A stretch of DNA of 44,231 nt from Candidatus Omnitrophota bacterium (GTDB lineage Bacteria > Omnitrophota > Gorgyraeia > Duberdicusellales > 4484-171), in the NCBI GenBank assembly GCA_023135855.1, contig JAGLSH010000001.1, positions 1 through 44,231 of the forward strand, written 5' to 3'. A model generated the notes under the pieces. The model saw nothing but the letters and a program-made list of their open reading frames with translations, was not told the DNA's origin and ran no database searches. Position numbers and translations under genes: made by a program. Positions 24,001 to 33,353 of this stretch are shown here, piece by piece (within the stretch, counting starts at the first letter, position 1; each line of letters begins with the position of its first letter).

Positions 24001-25989
24001 CTAGAGATTTCCTTTCAGAGATAAATCTAAGAACTCTCCCTTTAATGGATTATATCCATGATAAGTAAGCAAAAAATAGGCTGTTGAAGCAAGAGACCCA
24101 GTTCTATTCCCCTTAGGAGTCCTCCAGCCATGTCCAGTATCAACAAAGGCATTAGAAGCATAAGGAAGACAAGGATCTTCTCTACCAACACGGGAAGGAG
24201 AAGTTATAAGCATTTTCTGCAATTCATTAAAATAAAAAAAGGCCTTTTCTAAATATTCTTTGGATTTTTTTGGATCTTTATCTTTAAAATAATCAGCCAT
24301 AATTTCAAAAGCTAAAATCATTTGTGATGTCCATTCTCCAGACACTACTCCCCCTCGAGGAGCATTATTAATTTTAGAAAAATCAAAACCTCTTACCTTA
24401 ACCTCCCCTTCTTCCCGCTTAAATTTTACTCCCACTTCACAGTGCGTAACAGCAAATTCTAAAATTGATTCCGGGTTCATTTTTAAAGATAAAAGTTCCT
24501 TAGGCCCAAAAGCAGTGATTGACCAAGCATAAGTATCAGTAGCAATAGTAGAATCACCCTTGCCTCTTTTGATTGGAGGACTGCCATAGTCAGTATACGA
24601 ATAGCGCGAAATCCATTTCTTTACACTCTCAGCAGCATTTATATATTTTTTTTCTCCAGTAATTTCATAAAATAATTTAAAAAAAGCAAAAACATCTAAA
24701 TTGTGTTCGGTGGAATACCAAGATGCATCCGGTCCTCCCTTCACTCCACCCTCGCCATCCATCATCGCTAAAAGAAAATTAGCCGCCTTTTTAGCAACAG
24801 GTAAGTATTTTTTTTCACCAGTTTCTTTGGTGTAGCAAAGAGCAGCTAAGCCTAACCAAGCATTTGGCCCGCTATGCAGTACATACTCAAAAACATCTCC
24901 CTGAGTAAAATAAGCATTATAAATATCCTGACCCTTATTTATCTTATTTAAATAAAAATCCAAGACCTTCCCTGCTCTTGGTGAATCCCCAGAAACAAGA
25001 AATACAAAGGTAGCTAAAGCCTGATCATAAGTAAAACATACTCTTTCCAGGCTATCATCTCCCTCATAACTCAATACTAACCCTCTCTTTAAATCTTGAC
25101 GGTTTTTTATCCAATCATACATTCCTTTAATCACTTTCTGAGAAGACTTTCTCCCCTCTTTCTGCAAGGTTTTGATTACTTCTTGAATTTTTAAAACCGC
25201 AGTTTTACTATTTTTTCCTTTAGTCTTTAAAATATCATTTTGCTTGTTTAGCCTTGCTAACTCTAGCTCAAGAAGAACTACTTTTTTCTTAAAATTTAAA
25301 GCTTCTTCCGACGAATCTTTACTACTGTCATCAGCAACAACCAAAGCATCATACTTGTCTTGCCAAAAAACAACTTCGTCATTGAGTGATTTGATTGCTA
25401 GTTCTAAGTTTAATCTCTTTTCTTCAAAAGATTCTTTCTGGGCAACCCCTTTTTCTAATACTTCTTCTAGAGATAAGCGCTTATCCAAAATATTTACATA
25501 ATCATTTACTAATTTTCTATTTTTTCTTACCAAAACTCCCGTATACCAAAATAAAGAAAAAGAAAAAATCAAAAGCCCAGCCACAATTGCGCTTACAGCA
25601 ATTGGTGTAGATTTTTTAACTACAGCATATTTAAATAAATTGTTCACTTTCTTATCCTGGGTTTCTACAAACTCTAACCCTAATATATATTGATTAAAAT
25701 CATTTAATTTTTGTTCTTTAATCCAACTTACCTTAGCCTTCAAACACATTGGCTTAGGATTAAAAGGAAAATTTATCCTCAAAGACAATTGGATATCCTT
25801 TTGCTTCAAACGATCAGAAAGCCCCCACCAGAGGTCATTCATCAAAAGACAGATCCCCCCCCTTCCAATATCATGGGTAAAACCCTGAAGCCAAGGAGTT
25901 AGCTTCTTGCCTTGAGCATCAAGAATAAAAAATTCAATTGGTAAAACAGTGGAAATTCTTATATACTTTCGTTTATTATTTTTACTCAT
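24001..25989 (-). CDS. PilZ-domain / TM / coiled-coil protein with large C-terminal (alpha/alpha)-toroid-like domain
   Basis: N-terminus carries RKYIR (RxxxR) and DIGRGG (DxSxxG-like). TM helix IAVSAIVAGLLIFSFSLFWY, then a coiled-coil of about 120 aa. The C-terminal 360 aa have repeated aromatic/Gly helical-hairpin motifs (NAWLGLAAL, GGVKGGPDASWYSTEHNLD). The fold assignment for the C-terminal domain is inference. Confidence 0.65.
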   Translation of the reverse strand: MSKNNKRKYIRISTVLPIEFFILDAQGKKLTPWLQGFTHDIGRGGICLLMNDLWWGLSDRLKQKDIQLSLRINFPFNPKPMCLKAKVSWIKEQKLNDFNQYILGLEFVETQDKKVNNLFKYAVVKKSTPIAVSAIVAGLLIFSFSLFWYTGVLVRKNRKLVNDYVNILDKRLSLEEVLEKGVAQKESFEEKRLNLELAIKSLNDEVVFWQDKYDALVVADDSSKDSSEEALNFKKKVVLLELELARLNKQNDILKTKGKNSKTAVLKIQEVIKTLQKEGRKSSQKVIKGMYDWIKNRQDLKRGLVLSYEGDDSLERVCFTYDQALATFVFLVSGDSPRAGKVLDFYLNKINKGQDIYNAYFTQGDVFEYVLHSGPNAWLGLAALCYTKETGEKKYLPVAKKAANFLLAMMDGEGGVKGGPDASWYSTEHNLDVFAFFKLFYEITGEKKYINAAESVKKWISRYSYTDYGSPPIKRGKGDSTIATDTYAWSITAFGPKELLSLKMNPESILEFAVTHCEVGVKFKREEGEVKVRGFDFSKINNAPRGGVVSGEWTSQMILAFEIMADYFKDKDPKKSKEYLEKAFFYFNELQKMLITSPSRVGREDPCLPYASNAFVDTGHGWRTPKGNRTGSLASTAYFLLTYHGYNPLKGEFLDLSLKGNL

Positions 25990-26404
25990 GCTTCTTATTC
26001 CTCAATCTCTTTAATTTAGAGAAAAAAATCTTATATTCCGATAACTTTCTCACATTTTCTAAGTCTGAATCTTGAGACATAAAAGAAAATTCATCATAAC
26101 CCAACAAAACTGCTTTTTTTAACTTTATTAAAGCCTGTTCCAATTGACTTGTTAGAGACAGGCTACAGGCAAGATTATAATAAACAATTGGATCATTAGG
26201 TAATAGCTGAGTTAGCTTTTCATCTACAGCTAAACCCTCTTTATAAAAACCTTTACGAGTGTAAACGTCTCCCAAGGGAATAAGCACATCAATGAAATTC
26301 GGATGATATTCAAGTAGTCCTTCATAAAATTTGATTTCAAAGTTCTTTCGTTTATTTATTTTTAGAGATTTATCGCTTTTTAATAATATTTTCCTACTCA
26401 TCAC
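25982..26404 (-). CDS. TPR-repeat protein
   Basis: 140 aa. TPR-like LGDVYTRKGFYKEGLAVDEK, YYNLACSLS. Overlaps both neighbours (8 and 4 nt). Confidence 0.7.
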   Translation of the reverse strand: MMSRKILLKSDKSLKINKRKNFEIKFYEGLLEYHPNFIDVLIPLGDVYTRKGFYKEGLAVDEKLTQLLPNDPIVYYNLACSLSLTSQLEQALIKLKKAVLLGYDEFSFMSQDSDLENVRKLSEYKIFFSKLKRLRNKKHE

Positions 26405-28761
26405 TTTTTTTCTAAAATAATTTCTTCACGCAAAAGGTAAAGAGCTTCTTTAAGATATCCCTTGAACTCTTCATAATCTCCCTTTTCTACAAATCTCTTC
26501 TTAACTTTGAATGTTTGATTGAAATTAACTCCGTTAGGATTTTCCTGATAAAGAACTTTAAGTGTAAACCAAAAATTATCTACAGCAATCGAACGAGGCA
26601 AGTATTTAACCTCTAAATTATCCGGTAAAGTTATTTTTATATTTGCAGTAATGCTATGCATCGCTTCAAAGTCAATTGGATAATCTCTCTGGTCTTTGCT
26701 AATCAAGCCATGATCAAGTGAAACTTGATCTAGGACTGGTACAATTCTTAAGTCTCTAGCCGGATTAAGAAATTCCTCTGTTTCAAACCTATAGATAAGA
26801 CTAGGCACAGTATCAAAATTATCAACATCGCTTATCTGATAATCAATTAACTTAGAAAAAGATGATATCTTCATCATCTTTTGTTGAATTTCTTCCTTAA
26901 TTATAGCTGGATGGGTGTGTTTTAAATACCATCGATAAGAAGAAGAATAAAATCCTTTAGTCGATACTTGACGGGTAATCGCTGCGCTTTCGTCCTGATC
27001 AATCACTATATCCATATCATAGACAAGTCCATTGTCCTCTATGTCTTTAATCTTAGCTATACGCCATTTATCGTTTGTGAATACTAATGTTAACCTACCC
27101 TGATCACCAAGAGGAACATATCCAAAGGCTGTAGTCTCAGCTGTAGAATCGGTAAAAATTAACTCCTCATCTATCTCAACCGCACAAATAGCATGATTAA
27201 AAATAGCAGATGGAAAATCTTCATGCATAGAATAAGCGCTACGAGTAGGTATGAGTACTGGGTAACCTTTTAAACCGATATATCTTAACATAGCCACTAA
27301 AAGAATTGCCTGATCTTTACAATCTCCATACTTATTCATAAATACTTCAGTAGCATAATGCGGCTCATGGCCACTATCTCCATACTCTATAGCAACATAA
27401 CGAATATTTTTAGCTACAAATTCAGAAAGAATTTTTGCTTTTTCATAATCAGTAGTCGCATCTTTGACAAGCTCATCTACAAAATCTTTTACCTCTTTAT
27501 TCAATTTAAGTTTATCCTTATAAAGAGATTTCCACCAATTGTAAACTTCATCCCAAGAAGAAAAACTAGAAATTAAAATTGCTGGATTTATATAAGAACC
27601 ACTAGGCATGCTATATTCAGGAATGATAGATTCTATTTCGTCAAACTCCCAAGAATATACTTTTTTATTATCTTTTTTTATTAGTTTAGGTTCAAGATTA
27701 ATTCCTTTTGCATGTTCTTTGTTTAGAAATTTAAAATTAATATCACGATTATTGGGAATAGTTAAATCAAATTTAGATTTAAAGACTGGGTACCCTTCAC
27801 GAAGTCGATAAACAAAATTAAAATCATCCTGATTAATCAATTTCGAAGAATAAATTTTTACTTTATATTCAATAAAAGACCCTACTTCTACCGAAGGCAT
27901 AGAAATAATAAATGCTCGGGAATTACTGTAAAGAGGAAAATTTAAATACCTACTTACATCCCGAATACTTTCTCCGCCAGCATAAATTACTTTACCCTCT
28001 TTAGTTATCGTTCGAGCATATTCTAACTCCATCCTTTCATAGGTAGAATCATAGCCCATTTCAACTTCAGCTATCCTTTTCCCTCGCTCTTGCAAAACTT
28101 TCTTTATAATGTGTACTGTAGATACAGAAGTGTTATCAGGCTTAATCTCAATATCCTCATCAACTAACAAATATATTGCCGCATCATCTTCTACGCTTTT
28201 AAGAAAATCTTCAGCTTCTCTGGATACAGCCTTTACCTCTTCGGGAATATTTCCTTCTACTCTGATTTTAATTGCTTTTATTCTTTTCTGGGCTTTCCCC
28301 TTAAAAGACCCCCCTACTTCCTCATACACCTTAAGAGCCTTGGGAAACAAGTTTTTCTCCTCTAGAACCTGGCCATAAAGATAAAGATATTCATTATCTT
28401 TAATAATAACTTTTGATTGTTCAAAAATTTCAATAGCATAGTCATAATCTTTTGCTTTAACTAAAGATTTTGCTAAAACTATTTTTGCTTCTTGACTGTC
28501 TACACTCTCCAGAATATCTTTTGCTTGCGAATAATCTTTAAAATCATAGTAAAATTCAGCCAACCTGATTCTTAACTCTAAATTATCAGGATCAAGCTCT
28601 AAAAGTTGTTTCTGTCCTCTGGTCAACTCCTGATACTGTTCTTTAAAATCTTCTAGGCTAAGAATAATCTCCTTGGAAGATTCTTGAGAAACTTGAGCAC
28701 AACCAAACAAACTAAAAATAAAAATTATTACTAATAATCTAGGTAATACCTTTAAAAACAT
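26401..28761 (-). CDS. Lipoprotein with N-terminal TPR, DUF3857-like and transglutaminase-like cysteine-protease core domains
   Basis: Lipobox FSLFGC after the signal peptide. Transglutaminase core YGDCKDQAILLVAMLR followed by FNHAI. The track start at 28770 is TTG, and I prefer the ATG at 28761 (MFLKVLPRLL). Confidence 0.75.
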   Translation of the reverse strand: MFLKVLPRLLVIIFIFSLFGCAQVSQESSKEIILSLEDFKEQYQELTRGQKQLLELDPDNLELRIRLAEFYYDFKDYSQAKDILESVDSQEAKIVLAKSLVKAKDYDYAIEIFEQSKVIIKDNEYLYLYGQVLEEKNLFPKALKVYEEVGGSFKGKAQKRIKAIKIRVEGNIPEEVKAVSREAEDFLKSVEDDAAIYLLVDEDIEIKPDNTSVSTVHIIKKVLQERGKRIAEVEMGYDSTYERMELEYARTITKEGKVIYAGGESIRDVSRYLNFPLYSNSRAFIISMPSVEVGSFIEYKVKIYSSKLINQDDFNFVYRLREGYPVFKSKFDLTIPNNRDINFKFLNKEHAKGINLEPKLIKKDNKKVYSWEFDEIESIIPEYSMPSGSYINPAILISSFSSWDEVYNWWKSLYKDKLKLNKEVKDFVDELVKDATTDYEKAKILSEFVAKNIRYVAIEYGDSGHEPHYATEVFMNKYGDCKDQAILLVAMLRYIGLKGYPVLIPTRSAYSMHEDFPSAIFNHAICAVEIDEELIFTDSTAETTAFGYVPLGDQGRLTLVFTNDKWRIAKIKDIEDNGLVYDMDIVIDQDESAAITRQVSTKGFYSSSYRWYLKHTHPAIIKEEIQQKMMKISSFSKLIDYQISDVDNFDTVPSLIYRFETEEFLNPARDLRIVPVLDQVSLDHGLISKDQRDYPIDFEAMHSITANIKITLPDNLEVKYLPRSIAVDNFWFTLKVLYQENPNGVNFNQTFKVKKRFVEKGDYEEFKGYLKEALYLLREEIILEKK

Positions 28762-28837
28762 TTTTACCAACCGGTTAAGTTCTATTTTTATGATAATTTA
28801 AAAAATAAAGTTAAATACCAAAAATCAAGGCTAGACT

Positions 28838-29986
28838 CTATAGCTTACTTAGAAATCTCTCTATTCTTGCTGCAGCCTCTCTTAAATTTTCTAAAGAATT
28901 AGCGTAAGAAATCCTTATATAAGAATTAAACTCTTCTCCAAATGCTGTCCCGGGAACTACAGCAACTTTTTCTTGGAGCAATAGCTTTTTAGCAAAATCT
29001 AGAGCACTTATTTTATACTTCTTTACTGAAGAAAAACAATAAAATGCTCCTTGAGGTTTAACCGTAGAAAGACCTAGGCGATTAAACTCCTTAACTATAA
29101 AATTTCTTCTATCCTTGTATTCTTTTTGCATCTGGCCTATTTCTTTTCTTGCTCTTAAAGCTTCAACTGCAGCAATCTGAGATATAATTGGACCACAAAG
29201 CATTGAATATGAGTGTATTTTGGTCATTGCAGAAATTATCTCCTTATCTCCACAAGCAAAGCCCACTCTAAACCCAGTCATAGCATAGCCTTTTGAAAAT
29301 CCATTAAGCAAAATTGTTTTCTTTTTTGCTTTTCTATTTAAGGAAGAAAACGGAACATGAGCTTTATCATAATTTAATTCATCATAAGTCTCATCACTAA
29401 TAACAACTATATCTTTTTTAGACAAGATATTCCAAATTTGATTCAACTCTTTGCGATTATAAGTTATACCCGTAGGATTACAAGGATAGTTCAGTATTAT
29501 TGCTTTAGGATTTTGAGAAAGCAAACTTTTAAGTTTTCCGAGATTAATTTTGAAACCATCTCCTTCTTTGGTCGGCAAATAAATCACCTTGCCACAGCAT
29601 ATCTCAACTAAAGCTGGATAAGCTACATAATAAGGTGTAACTACAATAACCTTGTCTCCTGGCTCTATGATAGCTCTTATAGCTAAATCCATACCTTCAC
29701 TAACTCCCACAGTAATAAGGGTTTCGTCTTCAGGATTATATTTTAAAGAATATTTCTTCTCTAAAAGATTGGTAATACCTTTACGCAAAGATAAAAGACC
29801 TTGGTTGGAAGTATAAGAAGTTAACCCCTCTTCGAGAGCAGTAATGGCCTTCTCTCTAATCCTCCAAGGAGTAATAAAATCAGGCTCACCAACACCTAGA
29901 GAAATAACCTCAGGCATCCCTAAAACTAAATCAAAAAATTCCCGTATTCCTGAAGGCGGCACTTTCTTTATTCTTTTTGATATCAT
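28838..29986 (-). CDS. Class I/II PLP aminotransferase (aspartate/aromatic aminotransferase-like)
   Basis: NGFSKGYAMTGFRVG (PLP Lys), NPTG, ISDETYDEL. 382 aa. Preceded by repeat family 1, with no SD. Confidence 0.85.
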   Translation of the reverse strand: MISKRIKKVPPSGIREFFDLVLGMPEVISLGVGEPDFITPWRIREKAITALEEGLTSYTSNQGLLSLRKGITNLLEKKYSLKYNPEDETLITVGVSEGMDLAIRAIIEPGDKVIVVTPYYVAYPALVEICCGKVIYLPTKEGDGFKINLGKLKSLLSQNPKAIILNYPCNPTGITYNRKELNQIWNILSKKDIVVISDETYDELNYDKAHVPFSSLNRKAKKKTILLNGFSKGYAMTGFRVGFACGDKEIISAMTKIHSYSMLCGPIISQIAAVEALRARKEIGQMQKEYKDRRNFIVKEFNRLGLSTVKPQGAFYCFSSVKKYKISALDFAKKLLLQEKVAVVPGTAFGEEFNSYIRISYANSLENLREAAARIERFLSKL

Positions 29987-30007
29987 AATTTTGGTTTTTT
30001 AGTTATC

Positions 30008-30100
30008 AGTTAATGGGTTGATGGGTATATGAGATAATGGGTTAATATGCTTTACCTTCCCCATCCACTCATTCACCCGTCACCTCATCAACTATAAAAA
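30008..30100. repeat. Intergenic imperfect-palindrome repeat, family 1 (copy B; core GATGGGTATATGAG at 30020-30033)
   Basis: GTTGATG ... CATCAAC outer arms, with multiple ATGGGT/ACCCAT and TGAGT/ACTCA units. CATAATTTTGGTT adjoins the start codon, as in copy C. Confidence 0.65.
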
Positions 30101-30129
30101 CTATATCAACTATATAAATTATACTACAA

Positions 30130-30609
30130 TCAATAAGCTATTGGTAATCGCTGGTTCTTTTCTTCCTTTACTAAAATTACCCCATCTTCTTTATATTTCT
30201 TAAGCATAAAGTGGGTAGCTGTACCTCTCACTGAACTCAAAGGCGCTAACTTCTCAGAAACAAAACTAGCTACTGTGTTTATATCTTCCCCACAAACTTC
30301 CAAAAGCAAATCGTAAGTCCCAGAAAGAAGATAACAACTCTTTACTTCTGGAAATCTATAAATTCTCTGCGCAACTAAATCGAAGCCAACATCTTTTTGA
30401 GGAACTATTTTAACCTCAATCAAAGCTACTACTCCCTTGTTGTCGGTTTTCTGCTTATTTATAATTGTTTTATACTTTACAATTACTCCTTTTTTCTCAT
30501 AATTCTTCATTATTCGTTCAATATCTTTCTTACTTTTACCAGTTAATTTCTGTAAATCCTCTAAAGAAATTCGAGCATTATTTTCTAAAATTTCTAATAC
30601 TTCATCCAT
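30130..30609 (-). CDS. Lrp/AsnC-family transcriptional regulator
   Basis: 159 aa. N-terminal wHTH (ILENNARISLEDLQKLTGKSKKDIERIMKNYEKKGVI) and a C-terminal RAM/ACT-like domain. Confidence 0.85.
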   Translation of the reverse strand: MDEVLEILENNARISLEDLQKLTGKSKKDIERIMKNYEKKGVIVKYKTIINKQKTDNKGVVALIEVKIVPQKDVGFDLVAQRIYRFPEVKSCYLLSGTYDLLLEVCGEDINTVASFVSEKLAPLSSVRGTATHFMLKKYKEDGVILVKEEKNQRLPIAY

Positions 30610-30690
30610 AATTACCTCCTTTAATAATTAGTGACACTAACACTTCTCAATCACTAACGCTTATTTATTTTATCAAAATAACCTTTAAAT

Positions 30691-31512
30691 TCATAGCAAA
30701 TTAATTATTTTTAAAATACGGCTTACTCTTATACTGAAAGAATCTTTATCTTTGTCCTGACATAAAAGATAAAAATGTTTGCCTTCAAGAACAACACGAA
30801 GAGGTAATACCTCTTTTTCCTCAATAACATTATTAGAAGAAAAATGCTTTATTTTAAAAACCGTTCTCTCTTTTATGGCTAAATTAAAAATATCTATTTT
30901 TTTCTCTTCCTTCTCTTTAAAAATCTCATTATTCAAACCATAAAGAGAAACAAATTCACCTAGATTTCTTATCCCTTTTTCATTAAGTATACAAAAAAGT
31001 TTCATAAGAACCTGACAAGCAATTGAAGCATCATACAAAGCTCGATGTAATCCTTGACTACAATCAATATCAAAAGATCTAGCCACTGAATCTAGATTAT
31101 ATCTAGGCAATTCAAGCACATTCCTAGCCATAGAAAGAATATCTACTGCTGGTAATTCCAAAGACGGTTGGTTGAGCTTTCCTAAATGATTATTAATAAA
31201 GCTCATATCAAACTTAATGTTATAAGCAAAAATTACAGATTGATCTAAAAATGAAACAAACTTATCAGCCACATCTTCAAAACAAGGAGCGTTCTTTACC
31301 TCTTCTTCAGATATCTTGTGAATGTTATAGGCCTGCATAGGAATACTTCTCTTAGGATTAATTAAACTATGGAACTTATCAATGATTTTTCTATTTCTAA
31401 CCTTAAAAGCCCCTATCTCACATATGGAATCCCCAGTAACAGCATCTAAACCAGTAGTCTCTAAATCAAAAACTACCAGATCAAAGCATTCAATATCTTT
31501 TGTTAAATCCAT
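30691..31512 (-). CDS. DnaQ/DEDDh-type 3'-5' exonuclease with C-terminal WYL-like domain
   Basis: Exo I FDLETTGLD and Exo III HRALYDA motifs. The C-terminal about 90 aa read EVLPLRVVLEGKHFYLLCQDKDKDSFSIRVSRILKI, which resembles the WYL pattern (P..l....g.WYL.a......R.FrldRI). Confidence 0.75.
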   Translation of the reverse strand: MDLTKDIECFDLVVFDLETTGLDAVTGDSICEIGAFKVRNRKIIDKFHSLINPKRSIPMQAYNIHKISEEEVKNAPCFEDVADKFVSFLDQSVIFAYNIKFDMSFINNHLGKLNQPSLELPAVDILSMARNVLELPRYNLDSVARSFDIDCSQGLHRALYDASIACQVLMKLFCILNEKGIRNLGEFVSLYGLNNEIFKEKEEKKIDIFNLAIKERTVFKIKHFSSNNVIEEKEVLPLRVVLEGKHFYLLCQDKDKDSFSIRVSRILKIINLL

Positions 31513-31513
31513 A

Positions 31514-31924
31514 TTAAGTAATTATTTTCGCAACAATCTTCCTATCTCTGACCTTAGTGTCGAAATCAATTAAAACTACTTGCTGCCAAGCTCCTAAATC
31601 AAGTTTACCATCAGTCACTGAAATAAAAAAATTAGTCTTGATAAAAGCACTCCTTAAGTGAGAATGACCATTGTCATCAGACCAAGTAGAATTATGAGCG
31701 TAATCATCCCTATAAGGCAATAAAGCTTCAAAAGTATCTTTTAAATCTTTTACTAATCCCCCTTCATATTCCATAGTAGTAAGAGCAGCAGTTGAACCAA
31801 TAACTGATAAAAAAATAATACCATCGTCTATCTTTTCATCCTCTAAGATTTTTCCCAATTGTGGGGTAATATCTATAATATCGCTATTACCCTTTGTTTT
31901 AACTCTTATATACTTTGTTAGCAT
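31514..31924 (-). CDS. YjbQ/UPF0047-family protein (secondary thiamine-phosphate synthase-like)
   Basis: 136 aa. GSTAALTTMEYE, AHNSTWSDDNGHSHLRSAF, LDLGAWQQVVLIDFD, as in the YjbQ family. Confidence 0.8.
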   Translation of the reverse strand: MLTKYIRVKTKGNSDIIDITPQLGKILEDEKIDDGIIFLSVIGSTAALTTMEYEGGLVKDLKDTFEALLPYRDDYAHNSTWSDDNGHSHLRSAFIKTNFFISVTDGKLDLGAWQQVVLIDFDTKVRDRKIVAKIIT

Positions 31925-31941
31925 AAGCTTGATTATAAAAT

Positions 31942-32262
31942 TTATTTTATAATATTTCCAGCATCCATTTCCTTATCTAAAACTACTAAACTAACGTCAT
32001 CTTTACCTTGAGCAGCCAGAATCATGCCTTCCGACAAAGCTCCTCTAATATTCTTTGACTCTAAATTAGCTAACACAACTATAAGTTTGTTTTCCAATTG
32101 TTCTGGAGTATAAAAAGGTTTAATCCCAGCCACTATTTGGATTACCTTCCCCCCTATATCAACCTTTAATAAGTATAACTTCTCAGCATCAGGATGAGGA
32201 CTAACTTCCAAAATTTTACCGGTTTTAAACTCCAATTTAGAAAAATCATCAAAATTTACCAT
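31942..32262 (-). CDS. tRNA-binding (EMAP/CsaA-type OB-fold) domain protein
   Basis: 106 aa. FSKLEFKTGKILEVSPHPDAEKLYLLKVDIGG...LANLESKNIRGALSEGMILAA. Confidence 0.85.
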   Translation of the reverse strand: MVNFDDFSKLEFKTGKILEVSPHPDAEKLYLLKVDIGGKVIQIVAGIKPFYTPEQLENKLIVVLANLESKNIRGALSEGMILAAQGKDDVSLVVLDKEMDAGNIIK

Positions 32263-32411
32263 TTTTCATCTCCTTTTTCTTCTTTTTAAATATCTACATT
32301 ACATTAATGGTCTTTAATTTTAAAGGAATATTCTATCAATTCTAATCATTAAAGCAAATATTTTATTTATTGTATTATTGGAATTTTAAGTAGATAAAAA
32401 GGGGGTAGGTA

Positions 32412-32729
32412 CTAAGCACTCGCGACCAAATCTCTCACTATTATCCAAACTAAAACAATGACAATTATCAATGAGATCAAATAAAAATCATTAAAATATA
32501 TGAATTCTCTTATTCTCTCTAGGGAACGATCCTTACTTTCGGGGACATTATATTTTTTCTTTATTGCTGGCTTAATTCTTAAAATATCTTCTTTTCTAAA
32601 CCTTAAAAATTCTCCTGCAACTTTAAAGTGAGGGATAATGTTTTTATTGGCTAATTCAATAACATCCTTTTCATGAATACCTAAAGCATGGGAAGCTTCT
32701 CTTGTAGTACAAAGTTTCTCTTTTATCAT
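32412..32729 (-). CDS. Excisionase-type (HTH_17/MerR-like) DNA-binding domain protein with C-terminal TM anchor
   Basis: 105 aa. LCTTREASHALGIHEKDVIELANKNIIPHFKVAGEFLRFRKEDI, then a TM helix FYLISLIIVIVLVWIIV. Confidence 0.65.
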   Translation of the reverse strand: MIKEKLCTTREASHALGIHEKDVIELANKNIIPHFKVAGEFLRFRKEDILRIKPAIKKKYNVPESKDRSLERIREFIYFNDFYLISLIIVIVLVWIIVRDLVASA

Positions 32730-32787
32730 TTACTTATAATATTTTATACGTCAACTTTCCTTGATACTGAAGTCTATGCTAACCTTT

Positions 32788-33279
32788 TTAAGGCTTATGG
32801 GCAACCCAAGTTTCTACTTCTCGACGATCAAATAATAATTTGCTACCTTCTTTCTCTACAGGAATCTTTCCTCCTTCAACCCATTCTACGATTTTCTTCT
32901 CTTCAACAGCGAGATAATCAGAAAGCTCCTCTAAAGAAATCCTTGCTTCAGATGTTCTACATTTACCATTAAAAATTGCTCCCGCTTCAATAGAAACTTT
33001 AGGAGCTTCTATATTACCTATAATCTGAGCAGTAGAAAGAAGTCTAATGATGTTTGTTGCTTTAACATTACCTTTTATAATCCCACTAACAGTTATATCC
33101 TCACCAATAATATCAGCTTTTATCGTTGCAGCCTTGCCAATAGTAAGGTTTCCTTTGGTATCAAGATTTCCTTCAAATTTCCCATTTATCCGTAAATTCA
33201 CAGGATCGGAAAAAACTAAACTTCCCTGCATCGCAGCATTTACATCAAGAATTTTATCATCTTCTTTTCGTCTAGCCAT
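32788..33279 (-). CDS. Bactofilin-domain protein fused to a C-terminal excisionase-type HTH
   Basis: Beta-helical repeat region INGKFEGNLDTKGNLTIGKAATIKADIIGEDITVSGIIKGNVKA...IEAGAIFNGKC. C-terminal ISLEELSDYLAVEEKKIVEWVEGGKIPVEKEGSKLLFDRREVETWV. Confidence 0.75.
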   Translation of the reverse strand: MARRKEDDKILDVNAAMQGSLVFSDPVNLRINGKFEGNLDTKGNLTIGKAATIKADIIGEDITVSGIIKGNVKATNIIRLLSTAQIIGNIEAPKVSIEAGAIFNGKCRTSEARISLEELSDYLAVEEKKIVEWVEGGKIPVEKEGSKLLFDRREVETWVAHKP

Positions 33280-33353
33280 TTTTTCACCCCCTATAATTAA
33301 CTATAATATCCAAATCAACAAAATACTACTTTGGAATAAAAACATTTAATAAC

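Noticed and set aside
30628-30657. Hairpin TTAGTGA-N16-TCACTAA upstream of the Lrp/AsnC gene as a fourth copy of repeat family 1
   Set aside because: It has a similar flavour (CACTAAC units) but lacks the ATGGGTATATG core. The downstream gene also keeps a normal GGAGG SD. The evidence is too weak to assign it to the family.
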